A DNA stretch of 64,000 nucleotides from an uncultured Clostridia bacterium. Its GTDB lineage: Bacteria > Bacillota > Clostridia > Christensenellales > UBA1242. Position numbers and translations under genes: made by a program. Numbering within the stretch: position 1 is the first letter of the stretch; every line of letters begins with the position of its first letter. Of the stretch, positions 10,193-20,555 are shown piece by piece. The stretch covers positions 815 to 64,814 of the forward strand of contig CAMSQA010000001.1 in the NCBI GenBank assembly GCA_947062475.1. Direction: 5' to 3'. The notes beneath the pieces were generated by a model that had not been told where the DNA came from, ran no database searches, and worked only from the letters and a program-made list of their open reading frames with translations.

Positions 10193-11495
10193 ACATAATC
10201 TCCTTAAAAACCTCTCCTCTCACAGAATAAGAGGCAAATTCATCAAAGCTTGCACAAGCAGGAGAAAGTAAAATTTTTTCTCCAGCTTTGGCTGTTGCTC
10301 TTACATAATGACATGCAGATTTCATTGTAGGAAAGAGCATTGGCTGATATCCAAATTTAGTAGCACAGTCAAAAATTTCCTGACCAGCTTGACCAAAGCA
10401 TATTAATTTTTCAAAATCATATCCTTGCTTAAAAATTTCATCAAATTCAAAATCTTTGTTAAGCCCTCCAAGCATCAATACAAGCCCTCTTTCTCCAAGC
10501 GAACCAATCGCAGATAAGGTGGAAGAAATATTGGTTGCTTTTGAGTCATCAAAGATGTCAGCTCCATTTATTTGCCCTAAATAACTCAATCTATGAGGCG
10601 GTGCTTTAAAACTTGCGACTGTCTGTCTTATAATATTCGGCCTTATTTTAAAAGCCACCGCTACACTAACAGCAGCAAGCACGTTTTCGAGATTTTTTTC
10701 GCCGAAAAGAGGAATTTCGCTTAACGGAACAATTTTGTTTTTATTTTGATAAATGTAGTTATTTTTAACAAAAATGCCTTTATTTAGCAATTTTTTTGAA
10801 AAAAATGTCGTTTTTTTGTTAATTTGCAGCTTATTAACCATTTCGTCATCAAAATTTAATATAACTTTTTGATTTCGTGCTCCAGTCAAAATCTTTCGTT
10901 TGACTCTTATATATTCCTCAAATGATCCATGTCTGTCAATGTGATCTGGTGCAATATTGAGAATGCAAGCTACATCAGCTTTAAACAAATTTGAAAGTTC
11001 TAATTGAAAATTGCTTACTTCGCAAACAACAACGCTATGCTCATCAGTATCCTTTGCAACAGAAGTAATAGGCAGACCGATATTGCCACATACAAAAGTT
11101 TTTCTTCCTGCATTTTTAAAAATTTCACCCACAAGCGAAGTAACAGTTGTTTTGCCGTTTGTTCCAGTAATTCCAACAACACTGCCCTTACAGAAAATAT
11201 ATCCCAAATCTAGTTCGCTTATGACCTTTGTGCCAGTTATCATAAAGTGAGAAATAAGCTGATTTCCCAAAACTTTTATTCCAGGACTTACAACCACCAA
11301 ATCATATTTTTTCATCATGGGGTTTGCTTCATGCGCAAAATAAGAAACAAATCTATTCTCATCATCATAGGTTGACACGCAGGCACCATTATCATGCAAA
11401 AGACGACAGGCAGACTGTCCGCTTATTCCCATGCCATAAACTAAAACATTTTTTCCTCTTAAATTCATTACATTCTCCTTTAGCAAGATCTTCAA
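10161..11495 (-). CDS. murD: UDP-N-acetylmuramoylalanine--D-glutamate ligase MurD
   Basis: 444 aa. N-terminal Rossmann motif VYGMGISGQS and Mur ligase P-loop GITGTNGKTT. It lies between mraY and ftsW. Confidence 0.9.
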   Translation of the reverse strand: MKILLKENVMNLRGKNVLVYGMGISGQSACRLLHDNGACVSTYDDENRFVSYFAHEANPMMKKYDLVVVSPGIKVLGNQLISHFMITGTKVISELDLGYIFCKGSVVGITGTNGKTTVTSLVGEIFKNAGRKTFVCGNIGLPITSVAKDTDEHSVVVCEVSNFQLELSNLFKADVACILNIAPDHIDRHGSFEEYIRVKRKILTGARNQKVILNFDDEMVNKLQINKKTTFFSKKLLNKGIFVKNNYIYQNKNKIVPLSEIPLFGEKNLENVLAAVSVAVAFKIRPNIIRQTVASFKAPPHRLSYLGQINGADIFDDSKATNISSTLSAIGSLGERGLVLMLGGLNKDFEFDEIFKQGYDFEKLICFGQAGQEIFDCATKFGYQPMLFPTMKSACHYVRATAKAGEKILLSPACASFDEFASYSVRGEVFKEIMFGEIEQIEMS

Positions 11496-11590
11496 TCTAA
11501 TATACTAAACTTAATTTGAAGATATGCTTTAAGAGCAAAATAATGAATAAAATTCAAGGTTATCTTAAAATTATATTTATAAAAATTTAA

Positions 11591-12550
11591 TTATATAATA
11601 CCCGCAACTGCAAAATATCCAATCAGTGCAGCTAAACCAAATATTAAAGTAACAATGCAATAACCTACAACTATTCGATTTTCATGCACACCAAGCTGTT
11701 CAAAATGATGATGCAAAGGTGCCATTTTAAAAATTCTCCTGTGAGTCATCTTATAATATCCCACCTGCAAAATGTCACTTACAGCAGAAAGAACAAACAT
11801 AATTCCAATTATTGGCAAAATAAGTTCAAGCCCACTGAAAACACAAAGAGAGGCAATCAAGCCACCTAGTGCAAGAGAGCCTGTATCACCCATAAATATC
11901 TTTGCAGGGAAACCATTGAATAATAGAAAACCAAATAAACCTCCTGCCATTGCAAAAGAAATTATCGAATAATTTGTGAAATTTAAAACAGCTAAGATAG
12001 CCCCAAAACAAAGAAGATAGATAAGACTTACGCCACTTGCAAGACCGTCAAGACCATCAGTCAGATTAACTGAATTTGTGACTGCAACAAAAAAAATAAC
12101 AATAAAAGGAATAATAAAAATGCCTAAATTTAAATTTAATCCAAATAAATCTATTGTTGTCCCCACTTTAAAATATATAAAAAGCGAGATGATTAAAGAT
12201 AAACCAACTTGTCCAATTATCTTTTGATATGGTTTAAGTCCCTCGTTTTTATGCCATTTTATTTTTATAAAATCATCTAAAAAACCTAATACGCCATATC
12301 CTAGCATTATCAATAAAATAAGCACCGAATTAAAAGGTTCACCTCTTAAAAAAATCGCTGATGCAAAAATGCAGGCAGAGATAAAGATCCAGCCACCCAT
12401 TGTCGGAGTTCCACTCTTACCAATATGTTTATCAACATAATGAAGAATAGTTTGTGAAAGATGAAATTTTTTGCAAACAAACAAAATAGGAATGCCAAAA
12501 ATAATAGCACTAATCAGCCCAACTAAAAAAACAAGAAAGAAATTCAACAT
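11591..12550 (-). CDS. mraY: Phospho-N-acetylmuramoyl-pentapeptide transferase MraY
   Basis: 319 aa. Motifs: GTPTMGG, NLTDGLDGLA, MGDTGSLALGG, APLHHHFE. Confidence 0.95.
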   Translation of the reverse strand: MLNFFLVFLVGLISAIIFGIPILFVCKKFHLSQTILHYVDKHIGKSGTPTMGGWIFISACIFASAIFLRGEPFNSVLILLIMLGYGVLGFLDDFIKIKWHKNEGLKPYQKIIGQVGLSLIISLFIYFKVGTTIDLFGLNLNLGIFIIPFIVIFFVAVTNSVNLTDGLDGLASGVSLIYLLCFGAILAVLNFTNYSIISFAMAGGLFGFLLFNGFPAKIFMGDTGSLALGGLIASLCVFSGLELILPIIGIMFVLSAVSDILQVGYYKMTHRRIFKMAPLHHHFEQLGVHENRIVVGYCIVTLIFGLAALIGYFAVAGII

Positions 12551-12688
12551 AATTGCACCCCTTTTTCATTATATGATTATGATTTGCAAGATATTAAATT
12601 TCTTTCATAAATATGTTAATTTATATTAAAAACTCATTTTTTTATGATTTTTCTCATTTTTAATGCATATTTTGATGAAAATATTAAA

Positions 12689-14197
12689 TTAAACGTTGTT
12701 TTCTTCTTCATAAAAATTTTGCTTTTCGTGTTTAGACAAAGCACTGTTTTTAAGTTTTCTTTCTCGCAGCAAAAAATCTTCAATCACCTCAAAATCACTA
12801 TAAGGATATTTCACGCCTTGAATTTCTTGATACTTTTCAGCACCTTTTCCTGCGATAATGATAGTTTCATTATCTTTATAATGATTTAGCGCAAACTCAA
12901 TTGCCTTTCTTCTGTTTTGAATTACCCGATAGTTTGCGTTAACAACACCTTTTTCAATATCTTGAATAATTTTCATCGGCTGTTCAAAGCGCGGATTGTC
13001 ACTTGTCAAGATTATTTCATCTGCATACTTTGACGCAATCTCTCCCATGATAGGTCTTTTCAATTTATCACGATTTCCGCCACACCCAAAAATAGCAACC
13101 ACCTTTCCTTTTGCAAGTTCAATCGCAGTCTGAAGCACTTTTTCAAGACCATCTGGCGTATGAGCAAAATCAACAACAATATTGACATCGCCATTTTTTA
13201 TAATATTAAATCTTCCTTCAACAGGTTTTATTACTTTAAAAGCATCGATAATATTGTAGAAAGAAATTCCTAGATTTCTACAAACCGCGATTGCAGCTAA
13301 AGAATTTTCAATATTAAACTGTCCTTGCAACGGAATTTCTATGCTGAAAACCTTATTTTTATAGTCACGACAGACAATCCTGCTGGAATCAAAGTCCTTT
13401 TTCAACACTTCACAGCTAATATCACAGCTTCCATTAAAACCATAACTTAAAAGTCTGATATCACTTTTTTCTTTTAGACTTTGAATATAATCCTTGCCAT
13501 CACAATATATGCCAAGTTTACATTTTTCCTTTTTGAAAAGTTTCAGCTTCGCATCAGCATAACTATCCATGTTGCCAAAGAAATCTAAATGATCTTCAGT
13601 TATGTTTGTAAGCACGCCTATCTCAAATGTAATACCATCAAGTTTGTTAAGTGCAAGAGCATGTGCAGAAGCTTCCATAAACACATATTCGACACCTTTT
13701 TCTTTCATTTCATATAAAATTGAATGGAGCAAAAATGGATCAGGTGTTGTAAAACCTGTATCTTTTGGATCACCATCTATTTTTGCACCTAGCGTGCCAA
13801 TGACACCCACTTTATATCCAGCGGCACGCATAATATCTGCACATAAGTTGCTTGTTGTTGTCTTTCCATTTGTTCCTGTTATTGCGATTATTTTAAGTTG
13901 ATCACATGCTCTGCCAAAAAAGTTTTTAGACATTATCGCATATGCCGATCTTGCATTATCAACTGTTATTATCTTCTCGCCATCAAAATTCTTTTCTGTA
14001 ATTATACAACTTGCACCTCTAGATAAAGCCACATTTATATAATCATTTCCATCAAAGTTTTCACCTTTTATTGCAACAAAAACATCACCTTGTTCAACCT
14101 GCCTACTGTCAATTTTAATTCCAGAAACATTGATTTTCTCTATCTTTTTTTTATCAACTTTTATATCAACATCTTCCAATAATTCAGCTAATTTCAT
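12689..14197 (-). CDS. murE: UDP-N-acetylmuramoyl-L-alanyl-D-glutamate--2,6-diaminopimelate ligase MurE
   Basis: 502 aa. P-loop ITGTNGKTTT. A DNPR motif (LTSDNPRFEQP) suggests meso-DAP specificity. Confidence 0.9.
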   Translation of the reverse strand: MKLAELLEDVDIKVDKKKIEKINVSGIKIDSRQVEQGDVFVAIKGENFDGNDYINVALSRGASCIITEKNFDGEKIITVDNARSAYAIMSKNFFGRACDQLKIIAITGTNGKTTTSNLCADIMRAAGYKVGVIGTLGAKIDGDPKDTGFTTPDPFLLHSILYEMKEKGVEYVFMEASAHALALNKLDGITFEIGVLTNITEDHLDFFGNMDSYADAKLKLFKKEKCKLGIYCDGKDYIQSLKEKSDIRLLSYGFNGSCDISCEVLKKDFDSSRIVCRDYKNKVFSIEIPLQGQFNIENSLAAIAVCRNLGISFYNIIDAFKVIKPVEGRFNIIKNGDVNIVVDFAHTPDGLEKVLQTAIELAKGKVVAIFGCGGNRDKLKRPIMGEIASKYADEIILTSDNPRFEQPMKIIQDIEKGVVNANYRVIQNRRKAIEFALNHYKDNETIIIAGKGAEKYQEIQGVKYPYSDFEVIEDFLLRERKLKNSALSKHEKQNFYEEENNV

Positions 14198-14277
14198 ATT
14201 ATTTTCCTTTTTTTAGCGCTTTTTTTGTCTAAAATCATTAATTATTATCATTTACATCAAAATTAAATAGCTTTATT

Positions 14278-15408
14278 CTATTTAATCTTTACGCTTTTAT
14301 AAAGTTTTATATAATTTTCAATGGCCTTTGAATTAAACTTATAAACAATAGCACTTTTCTCTTCAAAGCGTTTTATTCCTTGCTCGATGAGAGTGACAAG
14401 CAAATCTGAAAAAGAGGTGTCAAATAGATTAAATGCCAGCGAACCAGGAATGGAATTTAATTCGTTGACATAAAGCTTTTTATTCTTCTCGTCATACAAA
14501 AAATCCACTCGTACCACACCAAAACAGCCAAGTGCTTTGTAGGCAGACATCGCTTTTTCTTTAATATCTTGTTTCAATTTTTCAGATATTTCTTTTTCAG
14601 ACTTTTTCTTTTCAGCCAAATATTTTTCTTCAAAAGTATAAAATTTGCTTTTCTCAACTTCACTTACCTTACTTGTAATAAGATGATTTGAATTTTTAAT
14701 TACACCGCAACAAAATTCTCTTGCATCAGTCAAAAATTTTTCAATGACAATCTTATTATCATATTGAAATGCGAGTTCAATTTTTTCAGAAAGGGTGAGC
14801 TTTTCTTCACAAACATCAATACCAACACTTGAGCCAAGTGAAGCTGGTTTGATTATGCAAGGAAAACCAATTTCATCACCAACTAATTTTATTAAATCTT
14901 TTCCTATTGACTTATATTCATTTTTGTTCATATGCAAATATGCTGGCGTAGGAATGTCACAAGCAATTAAGTTTAATTTAGTCAAATCCTTATCCATACA
15001 ATTTGCACTTGAAGAAATATCACAACTGGTATATGGGATCTGGGCAAGTTCCAAAAGTCCTTGCAAACTTCCATCTTCACCACCATGACCATGATTGCAA
15101 AGAAGGGCACAATCTAAAGTTGTCTCTTTTTTTAATTTGTTTTTTTTGAAATATGCAATCTTTCCTAAACCACTGCGTATTATAATCTCACATTCATTTT
15201 TGACATTTTTTGCAAAATTCAAATATGTCTTTGCATCCTTCAAATTGTCACCACTGACCATTTTCCCATTAGGCAAAATATAAATTGGAATAAAATTATA
15301 TCCATTTATATCATTCTCCATTACCTGCAGAGCAGTAATAACAGATATGTCATGTTCAACACTTTTTCCGCCATAAAATATACCAATATTTTTCATTAAC
15401 AACTCCAT
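14278..15408 (-). CDS. ddl: D-alanine--D-alanine ligase
   Basis: 376 aa, ATP-grasp. Motifs: GGKSVEHDISV, HGGEGEDGSLQGLLE-like HGHGGEDGSLQGLLE, NELNSIPG. Confidence 0.9.
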   Translation of the reverse strand: MELLMKNIGIFYGGKSVEHDISVITALQVMENDINGYNFIPIYILPNGKMVSGDNLKDAKTYLNFAKNVKNECEIIIRSGLGKIAYFKKNKLKKETTLDCALLCNHGHGGEDGSLQGLLELAQIPYTSCDISSSANCMDKDLTKLNLIACDIPTPAYLHMNKNEYKSIGKDLIKLVGDEIGFPCIIKPASLGSSVGIDVCEEKLTLSEKIELAFQYDNKIVIEKFLTDAREFCCGVIKNSNHLITSKVSEVEKSKFYTFEEKYLAEKKKSEKEISEKLKQDIKEKAMSAYKALGCFGVVRVDFLYDEKNKKLYVNELNSIPGSLAFNLFDTSFSDLLVTLIEQGIKRFEEKSAIVYKFNSKAIENYIKLYKSVKIK

Positions 15409-15484
15409 TTTTATTAAAATTAAACTTTTTTAGCCATTTTTATCAAATTTTTTGTTGAATTTGACTAAATTATCTTTATTTTTT

Positions 15485-16903
15485 TTATTTATAATTATCA
15501 GGCAGGTCATTTTCAAAAAGCACAACACAGCCTTTAGAAGTAATTTTTTCTAAAATTTCTTTTTGCTTTTTTCTTGTCTCTGCAAAGAAAATATTTTCAC
15601 GTTTGAAATTATGAGATATTGCACCAGAAAGAATTTCATTTTTATTGACATTGTTCATAATAATTATATAATCTGCTACATCAGCAATCAACGTCCCAAG
15701 CTTAAAATTTTCTTGCGACTGACTTGAGCCAAGTTCAACAATACCAGGTGTAATTACAATTTTCTTGCCTTCAAATTTTGCAAGCACATCAAGAGCCTCT
15801 TTTGAACCTACAACATTGCAATTGTAGGAGTCATCAATAATGGTGCAATAATTATTTTTCAAAAGTTCAAGCCTATGTTTTGAAGGTTCAAGCTGTCTTA
15901 TAGACGAAATGATATCTTGACCGCTTATTCCCATAATATGAGCAAGCGATGCAGCAGTGACAATATTGTTTATATTGCATTTGCCTAAAAGTTTGGTCCT
16001 GGCTTCATATCTTACTCCATTTAAAAACAGGTCAAAATGAGAGCCACTTTCATTTAAATAAATGTTATCTGCATAAGCATAGCCATTTCTATCACAAGCA
16101 AGATATTTTTTGCCTTGATATTTCAAGAACAAATTTCTTGTTGATTTGCTATCTCCATTAAAAACCATTATCCCATTTTCTTTTAAACCTTGCGCCAACT
16201 CAAACTTAGTCTTTTCAATCATTTCAAGCGTCTTAAAAGTCTCTAGATGTTGGGGACCAATAGTTGTGATAATTCCATAGTCAGGTTCGACCATCTTTGC
16301 AAGAATTTTAATATCGCCTCTATGCCTTGCTCCCATTTCCGCTATAAAAATATCGTGGTCATCAAGCTCTTGTAAAATGGTCTTTGATAGACCCATTTCA
16401 GTGTTATAATTTTTTGGAGTCACACAAACTTTATAATTTTTTTCAAGCATAGTCGAGAGTATGTTTTTTGTAGATGTTTTTCCATAACTGCCAGTAATTC
16501 CAATCGTAATTATTTTTTTCTTTTTAAGTTTTCTTGACGACTTTGCAATAAAATGCTTTTTGATTAATATTTCAATAGGCAAGATAATATAATGAGCCAA
16601 AATTATAAAAAGAGGGACACATAAAAATATGAGAAGAATATCAAATAATTTCAGATAGATATTTTTTATATAAAAATTTACTATAAAAAACAAACCACAC
16701 ATCAAAACAAAAAGTAAAATTAAAAATCGAATCATTCTTTTTGTAAAAGAGAGTTTGTTTTTATCTCCAAACGCCAAATTAAACTCTAAAACATTTTTTA
16801 AAAACAATCTTGGTTGATAGCCAGATAATTGATAAGTTTTTGCAAACAAATATGACAACGCCATAAACAAAATCACACATATACATGTGCTGAAATATAC
16901 CAT
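15485..16903 (-). CDS. murF: MurF-type Mur ligase (UDP-MurNAc-tripeptide--D-Ala-D-Ala ligase) with an atypical membrane-spanning N-terminus
   Basis: 472 aa. P-loop GITGSYGKTSTKN, MurF-like DDSYNCN and ITPGIVELGS. The first ~135 aa are three hydrophobic helices rather than the usual soluble N-terminal domain. Confidence 0.75.
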   Translation of the reverse strand: MVYFSTCICVILFMALSYLFAKTYQLSGYQPRLFLKNVLEFNLAFGDKNKLSFTKRMIRFLILLFVLMCGLFFIVNFYIKNIYLKLFDILLIFLCVPLFIILAHYIILPIEILIKKHFIAKSSRKLKKKKIITIGITGSYGKTSTKNILSTMLEKNYKVCVTPKNYNTEMGLSKTILQELDDHDIFIAEMGARHRGDIKILAKMVEPDYGIITTIGPQHLETFKTLEMIEKTKFELAQGLKENGIMVFNGDSKSTRNLFLKYQGKKYLACDRNGYAYADNIYLNESGSHFDLFLNGVRYEARTKLLGKCNINNIVTAASLAHIMGISGQDIISSIRQLEPSKHRLELLKNNYCTIIDDSYNCNVVGSKEALDVLAKFEGKKIVITPGIVELGSSQSQENFKLGTLIADVADYIIIMNNVNKNEILSGAISHNFKRENIFFAETRKKQKEILEKITSKGCVVLFENDLPDNYK

Positions 16904-17629
16904 TTATTCCTCCTCAAAAAATTGGTCTAAAATCTGATAAAATTCAAACTTACAATCCAGAAAGGAAAAATGACCTGCATTTTTTAAAATCTTTAAATCA
17001 GAATTTTTTATCAGTTTATTAAGACGCTTTGCCATATAGATAGGGGTTTCATTATCTTTTTCGCCCCAAACTATCAAAGTTTTCATTGGCATTTTTCGTG
17101 CATAATCTTCAAGATGAGTATTAACAATACTTTTAAAGGTCTCTTTCATTTCAGGGGATAATGATTCATAATCGGCAGATCCCTTAGGGTGAAAATTTAT
17201 CTTAAATTTTTTTGCAGTTTTAAGTTTAAGTTGTCTAAAACGATATTTAACAGAGCGACGTGGTTTCATTCCAGCACTGTCTATAAGTATGCATGAATGC
17301 ACAAGTGAACGTTTGACCGCAGCTAAAATTAGCACAATTCTGCCACCAAAAGAATGACCTACAAAATCTCCCCTATCAATTTTCAAGTGGTCACATAAAG
17401 ACATGAGCATACCTGCATATGTATATATGTTCCAACCAACTATTGTTTTATCACTCAATCCAAAAGGCGGAAAATCGACGATAAGGACTGATCTATTTTT
17501 CATATAAGCAATAAGGTCTTGATAATCACTACTACTTCTACCCCAGCCATGCAAAAGAATAAGCGGACAGGAAGAACCTCTATCAATAAAATTATAATAA
17601 ATTTGACTGCCATTATAATTGTAAATCAT
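16904..17629 (-). CDS. Alpha/beta-fold hydrolase
   Basis: 241 aa. Motifs: LLHGWG, nucleophile elbow GHSFGG, C-terminal GHF. Its stop abuts the murF start. Confidence 0.75.
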   Translation of the reverse strand: MIYNYNGSQIYYNFIDRGSSCPLILLHGWGRSSSDYQDLIAYMKNRSVLIVDFPPFGLSDKTIVGWNIYTYAGMLMSLCDHLKIDRGDFVGHSFGGRIVLILAAVKRSLVHSCILIDSAGMKPRRSVKYRFRQLKLKTAKKFKINFHPKGSADYESLSPEMKETFKSIVNTHLEDYARKMPMKTLIVWGEKDNETPIYMAKRLNKLIKNSDLKILKNAGHFSFLDCKFEFYQILDQFFEEE

Positions 17630-17782
17630 AACCTTTTTTATGACAGCAGTTTATATTTGTTGAAAAAAATATCAAAAATTCCTTAAAAAATGCCAATTTT
17701 ATTTGGAAATAATAAAAAAAAATAGTAAAATACAAATAGGTTAATAAAAACCAAAATATAAAAAGAAGGAAGGTAAACTTAA

Positions 17783-18049
17783 GTGAAAATTACAGATGTT
17801 AGAGTAAGATTAAAAGACGAAACAAAATTGAAGGGAATTGTTTCTATTACTATCGATGGTTGCTTTGTTGTGCATGACATTAAAGTCATAGACGGAAAAG
17901 ATGGTCTTTTCATTTCTATGCCAAACAAAAAAACTGCAGAAGGCGAACACATTGATATCGCCCACCCTATCAATACAGAAACTCGTTTAGAGCTTAAAAA
18001 TATCATAATTGAAGCATATCAAAAAGCACTTAATGATGCAAAAGCATAA
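17783..18049 (+). CDS. spoVG: Septation/sporulation regulator SpoVG
   Basis: 88 aa with a GTG start. Motifs: KITDVRVRL...[31 protein letters not shown] and HIDIAHPIN. Confidence 0.93.
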   Translation: MKITDVRVRLKDETKLKGIVSITIDGCFVVHDIKVIDGKDGLFISMPNKKTAEGEHIDIAHPINTETRLELKNIIIEAYQKALNDAKA

Positions 18050-18155
18050 ATGACTTTTAAAGTTTCAATCTACAATTAAATGCAACTGAAATTACATAAG
18101 AAAAATATTAAGAATAATATTGCTCGCTTTGTTTTGCATTCCTTAAATAAAAAAA

Positions 18156-18190
18156 ACTAGGTTCTTTTGCCTAGTTTTATTTTTTTTATA
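18156..18190. terminator. Bidirectional rho-independent terminator (spoVG / YcxB-like operon)
   Basis: ACTAGG/CCTAGT hairpin flanked by A-runs and T-runs. Confidence 0.5.
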
Positions 18191-18231
18191 ATTTAAAAAT
18201 GTTTTAATTGTTTTTCAAATAAAAGTTTCAA

Positions 18232-18810
18232 TTATTTATTGCCTATCTGCGGAGTATTTTCATTCGATTTGTCAACAAACTTGATATTTTTTCCTTTCAA
18301 AAATTCAACAAGTTCACCTGCTGTGCCCAAAGTCATACCTTTAAAATTTAAAATCAAACTTTGTCTGGCATTGAGATAAACAAATAAAAATTCTTTATAA
18401 ATGACAACCTTAAATACGTCTTTATAGAAAATTTTTTGGGATGCCACCTGCTGATAATCATTTGTCTCCTTACTTGATGAGGCTTGACTTTCAACTAAAA
18501 TAAACTCATCACAAAACTCAAAAGTATTAAGATATTTTTTGTCACCAAGTGTGGTCTTGTTTTGTTTTTTTAATATTTCTTTAAGTAGATAAGGCAAAAG
18601 CACAAACCCACCAAGCAGTCCACAAACTATCAAAATTATTCCCATTTCTAAGTCAATAAAACTTATTCCGATTCCAGCTCCAACAAACAACAGAGAAAAT
18701 AGAATAGATGAAATGAGTGTGGTTTTTTTCAGTGCATAACTTTGAAAAATTGATATTTCTTCATCATCCATCTTGGTTGTATTTTTAAATTTAACCTCTT
18801 TTTCTTCCAT
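18232..18810 (-). CDS. YcxB-like membrane protein
   Basis: 192 aa. Two central TM helices and a C-terminal beta-rich region resembling YcxB-like domains. Confidence 0.45.
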   Translation of the reverse strand: MEEKEVKFKNTTKMDDEEISIFQSYALKKTTLISSILFSLLFVGAGIGISFIDLEMGIILIVCGLLGGFVLLPYLLKEILKKQNKTTLGDKKYLNTFEFCDEFILVESQASSSKETNDYQQVASQKIFYKDVFKVVIYKEFLFVYLNARQSLILNFKGMTLGTAGELVEFLKGKNIKFVDKSNENTPQIGNK

Positions 18811-18821
18811 GATTTTTCCTT

Positions 18822-19637
18822 TTATTTTTTCTTATTGCAATAGATCTTTCTGACAATAAAATTGATTGTTTTCAATGATAAAATTCTAGGAAGCATAGAA
18901 ACAAGCTTATACTCAAAACCAACGGTCACTCTTAGAGGTGCTTTTCTCTTTTTAAGCACTTTTCTGACAACTTTTGCTACGCTTTGAGGACTTTTCCCTT
19001 TTTGTTCATCATTCTCAACTTTTGCAATCGAACGTCTAATGCTTTCTTGTTGAGTTTTATCTTCCACATCATTATCAATCACCCTAGCAGAAGTAAATCC
19101 AGTTTTTGTATCTCCTGGCAAGATTGCTGACACTTGAATTTTATATGGTCGCACTTCATTTGAAAGAGCCCTTGAAAAGATTTCAACACCTGCTTTTGTA
19201 GCACTGTATGTTGCTTGAAATGGAAGAGGAATTATCCCGCCAACAGAAGAAATATTTATAATATTTCCGCCATACGCCTTGAGATATTTTATTGCAATCC
19301 TACATAAAACGATATAAGCAGAAAGATTTGTATCTATTTGCTTGTAAATATTTTCTGGTTTTGTGTATTCAATTGCACCAGCAATCCCAAATCCTGCATT
19401 ATTGATGAAAATATCAAGCCTGCCTTCAAGTGAAACAATTTCCTCAAATATCTCTTCAATTTTTTTATAATCATTTATATCAGCTTCATAACTTTTTTTA
19501 TTGCACTCATGAAGCTCCATTTCTTTAGAAATATCATAAACTATTACACCCTCTTTGTGTAAAGTTTGGGCAATTGAAAGACCAATGCCATGACTTGCAC
19601 CAGTTATAATAGCAACTTTTCCATTAAGTTTTTTCAT
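18822..19637 (-). CDS. Short-chain dehydrogenase/reductase (SDR)
   Basis: 271 aa. Motifs: TGASHGIG, NNAG, YSATKAG catalytic triad region. Confidence 0.85.
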   Translation of the reverse strand: MKKLNGKVAIITGASHGIGLSIAQTLHKEGVIVYDISKEMELHECNKKSYEADINDYKKIEEIFEEIVSLEGRLDIFINNAGFGIAGAIEYTKPENIYKQIDTNLSAYIVLCRIAIKYLKAYGGNIINISSVGGIIPLPFQATYSATKAGVEIFSRALSNEVRPYKIQVSAILPGDTKTGFTSARVIDNDVEDKTQQESIRRSIAKVENDEQKGKSPQSVAKVVRKVLKKRKAPLRVTVGFEYKLVSMLPRILSLKTINFIVRKIYCNKKK

Positions 19638-19685
19638 TTCAACCTCTTTTCCTTATCAAACTTTTATACAATATATATACCTATT

Positions 19686-20555
19686 TTACAATACTCTCAC
19701 GCACGCAATGGCAAGTGAACCACTTCCAATATGGCAAGAAACACTTAGAGACAGCGGGTCAACAGCGACTATTTCGATATTAGGTATTTGAGTCTTGATT
19801 TCCTCTACAAAAGAGTTTGCTTTATCTTCACAATTTGTGTATGCTACCGCAAGCTTCATTTCGCCATTATGATAAAGATAACTAAATCTGCCATTTAAGT
19901 CATTTTTTACCGCCTCAATCATTTTCATTCTGGCAATTTTTTCATTCATTACCTTTGCATACTGATCAAGTTTGCCTCCTTGAATTTGCAAGACAGGTTT
20001 AATTTTAAGCAATGTCCCAATTGCTGCTGCAGCAGGAGTCACCCTTCCACCTTTTTTGAGATATTTAAGAGTGCTGACCATGATGTAGATGCTTGCATCC
20101 ATAGATGTCTTTGTAAGAATGCTTGCAATATCACTTCCACTTCTTCCTTCACTTGCAAGTTTCAATGCATCATAAACTGATTGTTTTTGAGTGACAGATA
20201 TACGTCTATTATTGACAACAAAAACTCTTCCATTATATTCTTTAGCAAAATTTGTAGCTGTCTCGCAAGACATACTAAGCCCGCTTGACATAGGAATATG
20301 AACAATCTCATCATATTCATCAAGCAGTTTTTCCCACATATTTGTAATCATACCAATTGCAGGTTGTGAAGTTGAAATTTCTGCCTCTTCATCCAGCAAC
20401 TTTTTATAAAATTCTTGCTGTGATAAATTGATATCTTCAAAAAATTCTTCACCATCAATAGTAAAAGGCATAGGCAAAACTTTTAAATTTTGATATTTTT
20501 CAACTTCTTTTTGCGAAATGCCTGAATTACTGTCAGTAACTATTGCGACTTTCAT
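19686..20555 (-). CDS. DegV-family fatty-acid-binding protein
   Basis: 289 aa. Motifs: IVTDSNSGI, TSQP, LKYLKKGGR. It overlaps the upstream GT gene by 4 nt. Confidence 0.85.
   Translation of the reverse strand: MKVAIVTDSNSGISQKEVEKYQNLKVLPMPFTIDGEEFFEDINLSQQEFYKKLLDEEAEISTSQPAIGMITNMWEKLLDEYDEIVHIPMSSGLSMSCETATNFAKEYNGRVFVVNNRRISVTQKQSVYDALKLASEGRSGSDIASILTKTSMDASIYIMVSTLKYLKKGGRVTPAAAAIGTLLKIKPVLQIQGGKLDQYAKVMNEKIARMKMIEAVKNDLNGRFSYLYHNGEMKLAVAYTNCEDKANSFVEEIKTQIPNIEIVAVDPLSLSVSCHIGSGSLAIACVRVL

Noticed and set aside
12644-12889. 81-aa plus-strand ORF overlapping the 3' end of murE.
   Set aside because: The product is Phe/Ile-rich and low-complexity, antisense to murE, with no RBS. It is a typical AT-rich artefact.
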